A stretch of 64,000 bases of DNA, taken from contig OZ024741.1 of the NCBI GenBank assembly GCA_964016885.1, positions 319,300,001 through 319,364,000 on the forward strand, read 5' to 3'. Made by a program: the position numbers and the translations under genes. Under the pieces are notes generated by a model. It was given only the letters and a program-made list of their open reading frames with translations, had not been told where the DNA came from and searched no databases. Of this stretch, positions 54,200 to 64,000 are shown one piece after another. This DNA is from Eledone cirrhosa. Its lineage: Eukaryota. Position 1 is the stretch's first letter. Each line of letters begins with the position of its first letter.

Positions 54200-54840
54200 T
54201 TAATGCAACCTGTTTCCTGTTATGATGGGAGCCTGTCGGTCTCGACTGCTGTGACGGTAGGTGCCCAAACGGGATAACCCTTTTCTTGTTTGAGGTTTTA
54301 GTGATTCATCTGGGACATCACATGTTGCGACACGTACTCCTGTGCCATCAAACTCGGACGCCGCACTTCTGTCATAGGGAAGGAGTAGATAACTAAATTC
54401 CAGACATTGGCTGACCCTTTCCTTTTTATGTAAGTTGCCATTGAGACCTCCGGATTCCTTGGTCTTCGAAGTGCGGTTTTTCTCTGCCAAGAGGTGGAAT
54501 AGTTGATGCAATGGGTATTACTGTGGTTCATGTCAACAACTTTGCCATCTTGTGCGTGGGGAGCAGTGTGATATACCATCTCAACGAGAAATGAGCCCCA
54601 CGAGATAGAATAGTTGATGTAGCAGTATTGTTGTCTGTTCTCCGCGGTAATGCTTCAGTCATCTTGTCTGCAGAGTGTAGCTGAGATATACCGTTTGGCC
54701 AACCGGTTGAGTTTTCCCCTCCATCATTTCTCCCATTTCTTTGTTTTAATTTATTTATTCTTTCTGTTGCCCTTCTCCGTTTTTTTCTCATCTTGTTTGC
54801 AAATGTGTGAAGCGTGATTCCTTTTGCCTTGCTCAGGAAA
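54200..54840 (-). mobile_element. Probable degenerate RLE-type LINE fragment
   Basis: GC-richer coding-like remnant with several overlapping short minus ORFs; motifs weak. Confidence 0.3.
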
Positions 54841-54956
54841 TTTTAACATTTCCATGAACTTCTCTTTTCGATTTTGTAGTTTATGGTATTTTGTAATTTC
54901 AGCTATGTACATCCACAGCTCACTTTACAACCACCCCATTTAACGACCACCATAGT

Positions 54957-55451
54957 AAGCTTGAGGTCGGTGTGGAAGTCGGACCTTCGTAAAGACCTGA
55001 AAATCCGCCTCTTCATTGCTGTAGTGGAGTCTGTGCTGCTGTACGGGTCTGAGACTTGGACACTGACCGAGAAACTCACTCAGATGGTGGATGGGTGCTA
55101 CACGAGAATGCTGAGGATGGCTCTGAACATTAATCAGTATACACTGAGGATGAAAAACTCAGAGCTGTATGGGAGCCTCCCAAAAGTCAGCTCAAAAATG
55201 ACACAGAGGAGACTGAGGTTAGCTGGACATGCTCACCGACATCCAGAGTTGACATTGCACTCAGTGCTCCTGTGGGAGCCCCTACATGGACACACTGGAA
55301 GAGGAAGACCAAGGTTAACGTATGTTGATGCCCTAAGGACAGACAGTCGTCTGTTGGAGACGCAGGACATGGCAGCGATAATGAGGGACAGAGACCGCTG
55401 GAGAGAACTCGTCCATGGATCTCGGGAATTTTACCCCCCTTAGATAGATAG
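54957..55451 (+). mobile_element. Young RTE-type LINE 3' end
   Basis: Open frame [39 protein letters not shown]; (TAGA)n tail. Confidence 0.88.
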
Positions 55452-56704
55452 TAAGCCTGTTACAGTTATCAAGATTGTGTTTCCATTAGGCCTTTACGAA
55501 CTTCTTTATTCTGATAATCCATTTAATATAAAAATCTGATGCTTGGTAACTTTTCATACTTTCATGGACTCCATCACCTGTCGGGGAACATTAAACAACA
55601 TCTAAAGATATTTTACGACAAGTCCCTAAGGTTCTTGGAACGAAACCTATACGTTAAGTGGGAAATTCGTTTACTGACCAGTTCGCCTAATTACAATGGA
55701 AGGAAATCTTGTCGTTATGTGGGGAGTGGCTTTATTACCATATGTGGTATTTTAATATTTAATTATTTTAGAAGATTGTAAAGACGCACGGCTTAGTAAT
55801 TAGAGTGAAATGCAGCGAGTTCCATTCCCGGCAGTACGTTCATTACAGAAGACACTATATTTTACGTTGCTCCAGTCTATTTAGCTAGTAAAATGCCAGG
55901 CAGATACTGTGTGACATACTGTGACATACTGTGTGACAAGATTAGCACATTAAAAAAAAACTAACAGGAACAACTATTTTTTTACATCCGAGAGGACTGT
56001 ATAAACCTGAAATAAAGCCTCTTGCTGAAGAACACAATGCACCGCCGGAAATCAAATTTATGACTGTATGATTCTGAGTCGAACACGCTAACCACTAAGC
56101 CACGAGCCTCTATACTCCGAGTAAAATTCTCGATTCCTTCATCATCGCCGCTACGTCCCGCGTCTCCCAGAGACCAGTGTCTGTCCTTAGGGCATCAACA
56201 TACGTCATCCTCGGTTTCCATCTTCCAGTGTGTCTGTGTAGACTAAAGGGTAAAGGGGAAAGACCCCCTCGGTCATAAATGACCATGGGAATTGCTCATA
56301 GAAAGTTCCCCTCCAAGACACAAGCCCGGGGAATGTTGTTTGTGGAAAACCAGCAGTCACCCATGCATACCAGCGTCACCTCTCCACGCTACCGTTGTTA
56401 TCCAAGGGAAAGAAAATGGCCGATACAGCTTGGCAATAGTGACGCTGCAACTCATTTCTACAGCTGAGTAAACTAGAGCAACGAGTGCAAATATAGTAGT
56501 AATGATAAATACAAAGACCAAAATCCAGAGAAAACATTTAAAATTATTTAGTATTCCGATGATTTGATCAGGCAAACACTGTATTTAAGTCGAGTGGCAC
56601 AACTTCGAGTGATTAGCGGTCTTTAGACATACCTAATCAATGAATCAATTGTTAATACTGTAAATAAAACCCTTGTACAGCTGATCATGTTATTCTTCAA
56701 TTTT

Positions 56705-56835
<131 letters not shown>

Positions 56836-56851
56836 GTGTATATATATATTT

Positions 56852-57345
56852 CTAGGGCGGGTAAAATTACCGAGATCCATGGACGAGTTCTCTTCAGCAG
56901 TCCCTGTCCCTCATTATCGCTGCCATGTTCTGCGTCTCCAACAGACGACTGTCTGTCCTTAGGGCATCAACATACGTTAACCTTGGTCTTCCTCGTCCAG
57001 TGTGTCCATGTAGGGGCTCCCACAGGAGCACTGAGTGCAATGTTAACTCTGGATGTGAAGGAGGCAGAGGATTTGATGCTGTGTTGATGAGTGTGGGGCT
57101 GAGAATGAATGAGACTAAAACAAAATATCTGGTAGAGAATGTTGAGAAGCCAGATGGGATCACTAATGTAGGCGGGAAGCCGCTAGAATTGGTTGAGGAC
57201 TTCCTGTATATGGGAGAAAACATTGGGAATACGGAAGATGATGTGGTTGAGAGGAAGAGCAAAGCCTGGGCGGCGTGCCACAGCTTGAGATCGGTGTGGA
57301 AGTCGGACCTTCGTAAAGACCTGAAAATCCGCCTCTTCATTGCTG
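56852..57345 (-). mobile_element. Same RTE family, 5'-inverted insertion
   Basis: 56852-57055 is the reverse complement of about 55241-55445; 57056-57345 is an upstream RT segment in plus orientation (VGLRMNETKTK, LELVEDFLYMG). Confidence 0.85.
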
Positions 57346-57614
57346 ATATCAATATAACAGTTCTATACATATATGTAGTATATATATATATATATATATA
57401 TATCAGTATATATCAGTATATATATCAGTATATCTAAATCCGTAGAGCAAATATTTATGATTAGCATAGATTAAAAGTTTAAGCAAACAATTTCTGTTTT
57501 CAACTTTTATATGTTCAGTATCAGTAGCCACATAAATGACTCCAGTTTACGTTGCATGGGTGAATAACATTATTACTTATTGTCGTGATTATATCAGGAA
57601 CTATTGACTATATC

Positions 57615-57674
<60 letters not shown>

Positions 57675-57788
57675 CGAATATATATATATATATACCCTAT
57701 ATATATACACACCCTAAGTATGGAGTACTCTGGTGCGTTATGGTCCATCTGGTTCCTTACCACAATTCCTTTGTTATATATATATATA

Positions 57789-58184
57789 TGTAGCAAGAGT
57801 TGCCTCCCTTGTTGTGGCGATCACATCACCAGTAGAGTAACGCTCTCTAGACAGGAAGTAGCTGGAGTTACTTCCCGTTGCGGTTGCCTTCTTTGTCACT
57901 TCTTCCAGGGACCATATAAAAGGGACAGCTCCAAGCTGTCTCCCTCTCACTTGCCCTTTCGGCTGCTGGCCGTCGGCCAGGCGCGTTCGCCGAGGCTCTA
58001 CTCTCTGGCAACCCAACATGGTCTCTTGCGAGCTCACTTCAAAACGGTAACAAATAACTTGACTTCATTCTTTCATCTACCCATGGACATGTCAACTATT
58101 CTATTCTACATAACTTCAACTTGTTAATTAAACTTTATACACACAACTGAGTCTCCTGTTATATTCATACAACCCAGCATTCTG

Positions 58185-58189
<5 letters not shown>
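57789..58189 (+). mobile_element. Probable solo LTR
   Basis: GC-richer 401-bp island in (TA)n; TGTAGCA...TGTTATA termini; CATATAAAAG near 57914; ATTAAA near 58128. Confidence 0.55.
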
Positions 58190-58234
<45 letters not shown>

Positions 58235-58285
58235 TAATAAAAATAATGAATAAAAACAAAGAAACAGTTCCTTATATTAAAAAAT

Positions 58286-58423
58286 TCATCATTTTACGAT
58301 CGTTTATAGGATATATATGTTTGTGTTGGTATGTATATCATATAGATCTATGTAAAATTTTTACAAACTATCAGAGGGAATATACATACCTACACATATA
58401 TATGCTGTCTTCAGAAATAATGA
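58286..58423 (-). ncRNA. Mirror copy of the 61582-61715 hammerhead, core mutated (GAAA to UAAA)
   Basis: Reverse complement of the 61582-61715 motif with 9-bp stem I but U in place of G12. Confidence 0.55.
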
Positions 58424-61400
58424 TATTTGTTTATTGAAAAAACCCAACAAAGATTTAATATAATAGGTCTGTTTGGGAACAGGTTTTGAATTGACCAATA
58501 GAAAGGTAGTAAATGGTCAAGATGGTAAAATAGTAGTAATAGAACTTTAATTTAGGGGTAGAGGAAGGCAGATTTCAGTTTTGAATGGAAAGAGTATGAT
58601 GAATGAAAAGATTATTTTAGGGATGAAAATAGGTCAAGTCGGTAAAAGGTCCACGAAAAATTGATGTTATAAAAGAATAATGCCAATGTAAATATCTAAG
58701 GAGAATAACATTTTACGATAAATGTGTTAGTGAAAAATATTAACTTATTTAAAATCTAGGGAATTTACATCTATAAAAAGAAAATAAATTAATTAAATTG
58801 ATAGGTATATTTATATTGATAAATTTATATTAATTCCTATAGATATGATAAATAAGAGTTAGATGTAATTGAAGAGTGCTGTTAAAAACGAAGGGAAAAT
58901 AATTAAAAAAAAAAAAATTATGGGGGGGGGGGGGGGTTAAATTTATTAGTGAGAAATAACAAATTTATATAGATTATAAGGAACATAGAATCATAACCTG
59001 AAATTAAAATAGTTTATATGTATACTTTAATGGTATAAATTTTAGGAAAAGATAGCTGTAAAAGGGAAATAAAATTATGCAGTTCATTAGTAGTAGAATA
59101 TTAATTATAGGTTAACTAATTTAAAAAAAGTGTTATTAAAATAATTTCTAAAGTGTATATTAATTAGGTTTATAATATTTAAAAGTTCTTCTCAGTTTAT
59201 GATTACATGATATAATTAATTCCTGTCGTTTATTTAATAGGATATCCTTAGATTTCATTATTTCAAAAAGTTCCTGGGAACATAATCTACATTCATATCT
59301 ATTATTTTGATAAGGGGTGGCCCTTTTGAGCACACTCCAGGTCAGGTCATAATCTATATTCTTCTTTCTATAATTATTAATTATTTCAGCTAAAGATGTT
59401 GTATTAGCTAATGCGGCATTTTAAAAACTGTTTGTGGGTATTAAATCTTACTTTAAATTGGTTATAAGTAGCTCCTATATATGAATAAATTGAGTCCTTA
59501 GTGTTAACTTTACATTTATATACTATGTTATTTATAAGGCAATTTCCTTTTAATGGGCAATTTGCTTTGTTTCTACAGTTACAACCTTTCGTGAATGCTG
59601 TATCAGAGGAGATAGTCAAATTAGGTGTGAAATTTTCACGACTTGTTGTGTGTGAATGAGATGGTGGTTTGCTGTGGTTTATTTTAGTATTATGGTTAGT
59701 TTGATGTATTGGTGGTATATTCAAGTTTCTTTTACATTTATATGCATTATAGGCACTTATATTTTGTTGTATGCTTTTGGTTGTTGAGTAGGAGAATTTA
59801 ACCGTTGATCTATTTAAAATTTGATGGTATTTGTGGTTTGGCGGGAAGTTTTTCTCTAGGATAGTAAACATTTTTTTAGGTATATTATCTTTAATTTGTA
59901 GATTAAATGGAGCATTATACCAAGTAACTCGTCTATTACGGTTTCGGTGTTGTTTATTATTTTTATAGGATGTATCCTGATGTTTATTAAGAGAATTATT
60001 GTTAATGATTTTATTACACATATTTTTAGTTAGATTCATTGATTTAGGTGTTTTAGCCTGTTTATTAGGAATTTTATTATTAACATATATTGGAGTATTA
60101 GGATGAATAGTTTTTTGAAAGTTACTATATTGTATATTAGAAGAGTTAGAGAAATTAAGTTTTATGTTGGTATTTTGGGGTATAGTGTGAGTGGCATTTA
60201 GGTGTTTGTTGGTAATATTGGGTTGTATGTTTGTAGTGTTATTGGTACAAGGTATATATACTAATTTGTTTTTGTGGCCACTTCTAGCTAAAGCTTCGTT
60301 ATAAAAGGTCACATTTTTATCAAATACATCCTGGTTAGATGGAAGGTTAGAAATTCTGAGTGAGATATTATATGCTAGGTTTTTAAGGATATATTTAGGG
60401 TGATTAGACTGTGAGTGTATGTAGTAAGTTTTGGTTAGGTTTATGGTAAGGTTGGTAGATACCCGTAGATAAGTCTAATGTTATATCAAGGAAATTAACT
60501 ACTTTACTTGTGTTTTCAAATGTAATATCTAGACTATAATAGTCTTTGAGGAAAGCTCTAATAAGTTTTTTATTTTTTTCAATTTCTGATAGGCTAAGGT
60601 TATTGGAAAGAAGAAGACAGTCGTCACGATATAAACCACCTTTAAGGTGGCGTAAAGAAGCATTTATGTTAAATAGAAGAAAGAGGCCCACAAGATCGGT
60701 AATTTGGGCAGAATCACTTGAGCCCATAGTAATGTCGAATAGATTACTGTGTGTGTTTCTAGTCCAGTATTCTTTTTGAAATTCCAGTAGTGTTTGTCTA
60801 GCATGTGTGATAATATTAATGTCATCCATAGTTAAGTTTGATCTATTTTTGGCAAATATCAAGGCTTTGTTCAGGAGTATAGGTGATAAACCTATAATTA
60901 ATATTCTACTACTAATGAACTGCATAATTTTATTTCCCTTTTACAGCTATCTTTTCCTAAAATTTATACCATTAAGTATACATATAAACTATTTTAATTT
61001 CAGGTTATGATTCTATGTTCCTTATAATCTATATAAATTTGTTATTTCTCACTAATAAATTGAACCCCCCCCCCCCCAATAATAATAATTATTATTTTTT
61101 TATTTTCCCTTCATTTTTAACAGCACTCTTCAATTACATCTAACTCTTATTTATCATATCTATATGAATTAATATAAATTTATCAATATAAATATACCTA
61201 TCAATTTAATTAATTTATTTTCTTTTTATAGATGTAAATTCCCTATATTTTAAATAAGATTGATATTTTTCACTAACACATTTATCGTAAAATGTTATTC
61301 TCCTTAGATATTTACATTAGCATTATTCTTTTATAACATCAATTTTTCGTGTACCTTTTACTGACTTGACCTATTTTCATCCCTAAAATAATCTTTTCAT

Positions 61401-61581
61401 TCATCACACTCTTTCCATTCAAAACTGAAATCTGCCTTCCTCTACCCCTAAATTAAAGTTCTATTACTACTATTTTACCATCTTGACCATTTACTACCTT
61501 TCTATTGGTCAATTCAAAACCTGTTCCCAAACAGACCTATTATATTAAATCCTTGTTGGTTTTATTCAATAAACAAATATA

Positions 61582-61715
61582 ATTATTTCTGAAGACAGCA
61601 TATATATGTATAGGTATGTATATTCCCTCTGATAGTTTGTAAAATTTTTACATAGATCTATATGATATACATACCAACACACACATATATATCCTAGAAA
61701 CGATCGTAAAATGAT
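61582..61715 (+). ncRNA. Type I hammerhead with ~100-nt extended stem II, in inverted PLE 3' copy
   Basis: AUUAUUU-CUGAAGA-[nested stems AUAUAUAUGU/ACAUAUAUAU, GGUAUGUAUAU/AUAUACAUACC]-GAAA-CGAUCG-UA/AAAUGAU; mismatches at the base of stem II. Confidence 0.65.
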
Positions 61716-61903
61716 GAATTTTTTAATATAAGGAACTGTTTCTTTGTTTTTATTCATTATTTTTATTAATTTATCTTGACTCTGTTTTCCTGTATTTTTC
61801 ATCGGAAAAAAATTTTGAATACATCTTCTCTTTTCATGATATTTGGATTACATTGAGTTCTTCATACGGATTGGACACTACCGTACATTTTGGTAGATTT
61901 ATC

Positions 61904-61968
<65 letters not shown>

Positions 61969-61970
<2 letters not shown>

Positions 61971-64000
61971 TTTACGTATCGAGAAAGAGAGAAAAAATGG
62001 AGGGATAGGTGATACATATAGTTATTTGCCAAGTAGCGTATGCCAAAGGTGCTCGATACTAGTGCCGGCAGTATTAAATATTCGAAGTGTTAATATTTAG
62101 TGGGCTAGAGAGTTAGCAGAGCGTAAGCACGTGGGAAAGTGAAAAATCGGAGAATAGACCGTTAAAACATGTTTATTGAAAATATCACCTACGTACGTTT
62201 CGCCCAGTTGGGCTTCTCAAGGGCATAAACAGTCACAAGTGTTCCTTATATAGTTTGGAAAGAGATTTGGGGGTTAAATCGACATCAAGATTCGTCGCTC
62301 GCAAAAATATCTTGTTTTGATTTTGCAGCAGGTCAAGGGAGGTAACTTTGGCCGGTGTTAGGGCAGTCTTTCCCGGATAATTTTTGGTATGCAGGGATCG
62401 TTTTCTGGGTGTTGTTTTGCTGCGCCTGCCCGCCGGGGTGTTAAGATTTGTTGCAGGGAGATCCAGTGTGTTATTTCACTCTCCATTCTTAACCCATCTA
62501 AAGAAGGATATTTTTAAGCGATGTGTACAACTTATCGCTGTTTCAGCTCTGCTGTTGATGAGCTCGTGGGGTGCAGTTATGATGTGGTAGAGCTCCATGA
62601 GGCAAAGATCGCATTTCCTCTTGAAGTTGTACGGTGCAGCCCTGTCGACAATCTCCCAGTGCGTGGAGAAGCTAATGTTTAAGTCCTTTAGTGATGTGAT
62701 GTAGTCCGCGAGCGAGGTGGAGTGCCTTAATTTTCTATTTGTGAAAGAGTGGAGATGTGTTCGAAACCTAATTTTGAACGGGCCGGAGGTGGCCCCTATA
62801 TAATGTTTAACGCTATTGTGGCTAGTAATAGTGCATCTATATATAACCCTATCGGTCAAGCAGTATCCTCTAAGGGGGCACCGTCCTCTGTCGCGGCAGT
62901 TGCAATTTCTGTCGCTGTTCCGTCTATTTCCCACGATAAGGCTATCATTGTTGTTGCCTACGTTGTTAGCTGTGATACCGCAGCTGTCGTTAGCACAATT
63001 ATAACCCACAGCACGCGGGATGGTGCGATTGTTATTCCGCACGCCATGTTTTGCATGCTCCCCAGTCACTTCGCGGTCATTCTGGTTGCGTCTGCGGATG
63101 CCGTTGCCAACACTATTGGATGCTGCCAGGGAGTTGTTAAGGCCAATACAGTTATTGTCAGGTGTAGGTGCGTCTGCGTCGAGGTGCTGTGTCTTGGTGA
63201 TCTTACTGTGGTTCGTTGTTCCTATGATGTCTGCTAGGTTAGGAGTAGTAGAGAAGGATATTTTTATATTGTTCCTATTAAGAATTTTTCTATACCTATG
63301 GTTGGGTGGGAAGTTCTTCTCTAAGGCTTCGAAGAATATCCGGGGTATGTTGGAGGCCACACTTCGAGAGTAGGGGGTGGGTGGGTGGAACTATAGGACG
63401 TTACGGTGGCGATTACGTGTCCTTGTACTTTTGCTACGGGTGGTTCCATCTAAGTGATCGCTCTTATGTGTGTTAATGCGCTGTCGCCCGTTCGGTGCCC
63501 CTTTCACTTTATGCTCGGGTGCACTCTTTCTACCACTTCCATGTTTATGTACACGAAGATGTTGGTTGGAAGGCGTTGGTAGTAGGCCGTCGCCTTTGTT
63601 GGTTTTGTAATAGGGGAATAGTTTGAGTAATCTACAGTATTCACCGTCGCCGGGGACGTGATCTTTGGTGCGGTTATCTATTCTATTATATCCGACTTTA
63701 CCGAGGTCGCCGCGTGATCGGTTATAGGTATGGCTTACTATAACGTTAGTTTTATGAGGGGGGTGGTTTCTAGAGCTAGCGTTAGGGATGTAGGAAATTC
63801 CTCGGTTAAAGCCGGCGCTTATCAGGGCCCTATTGTAGTAATCAGCCGCTTGGTTGAAGATATCCTCATTGGCGGATAGTCTCGAGATTCTATGTGAGAT
63901 ACTATAGACTATGGAGTTAAGAGTCTGCTTAGGGTGGTTGGAGGCATAATTAATATAAGAGAGGCACTCTCCAGGCTTATGGTATGGCTTGTATAAGCCC
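61969..64000 (-). mobile_element. Penelope-like retroelement, second family (RT thumb, Cys linker, GIY-YIG endonuclease, 3' pseudo-LTR); runs off the window
   Basis: Frame from 63999 reads GLYKPYHKP..YINYASNHP..RISRLSAN and is open to 62476 except one TAG (63391-63393); CNCRDRGRCPLRGYC; VIY-x11-YIG; 3' region with TATATAA, hammerhead motif and AATAAA; ends at (TA)n. Confidence 0.9.
62186..62225 (-). ncRNA. Hammerhead variant (U3-A8 core) in PLE pseudo-LTR
   Basis: UGCCC-UUGAGAA-GCCC(AACU)GGGC-GAAA-CGUACG-UA/GGUG; weak stem I; lies between TATATAA (62246-62252) and AATAAA (62172-62177) on the minus strand. Confidence 0.7.

Larger units (their letters stand above)
58229..61905 (-). mobile_element. 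5'-truncated, frameshifted Penelope-like retroelement with an inverted copy of its 3' end (pseudo-LTR)
   Basis: RT motifs FDITMGS, GLYRDD, FLDITL (60404-60888); CNC-x5-CPL-x3-C linker and GIY-YIG motif IVY-x11-YIG (59404-60312); 58229-59113 is the reverse complement of 60889-61774; both outer ends abut (TA)n. Confidence 0.9.

Noticed and set aside
57470-57530. Possible relative of the 23700 hammerhead family
   Set aside because: Only the 3' flank is similar; core too degenerate to call.

Overview
Repeat-rich, AT-rich animal genomic DNA, almost certainly molluscan and most likely an octopod cephalopod (APGWamide precursor, single-exon C2H2 zinc-finger gene, tRNA-derived SINEs, abundant (TA)n/(CA)n/(CAT)n). 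Only two host genes are supported: an APGWamide neuropeptide precursor (+, 28347-29157, probable short last exon at 37332) and a convergent 1053-aa C2H2 protein (-, 41088-44249) built from three copies of one three-finger module. The rest is mobile DNA and repeats: SINEs, RTE/CR1/L1/RLE LINE fragments, mariner/pogo/hAT/piggyBac-like MITEs, a probable solo LTR, two Penelope-like retroelements (PLEs) and several minisatellites. Signals not shown by the ORF track: (1) about 13 type I hammerhead-ribozyme motifs of several distinct sequence families, read by eye, in tandem or inverted PLE-end fragments next to (TA)n tracts, five of them 2.5-4.7 kb upstream of the APGWamide ATG; (2) two non-amidated APGW-like peptide units whose defects are genomic A at G positions, so A-to-I editing could restore them; (3) a trivalent zinc-finger architecture. 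Folds and family assignments were made by inspection, without searches.
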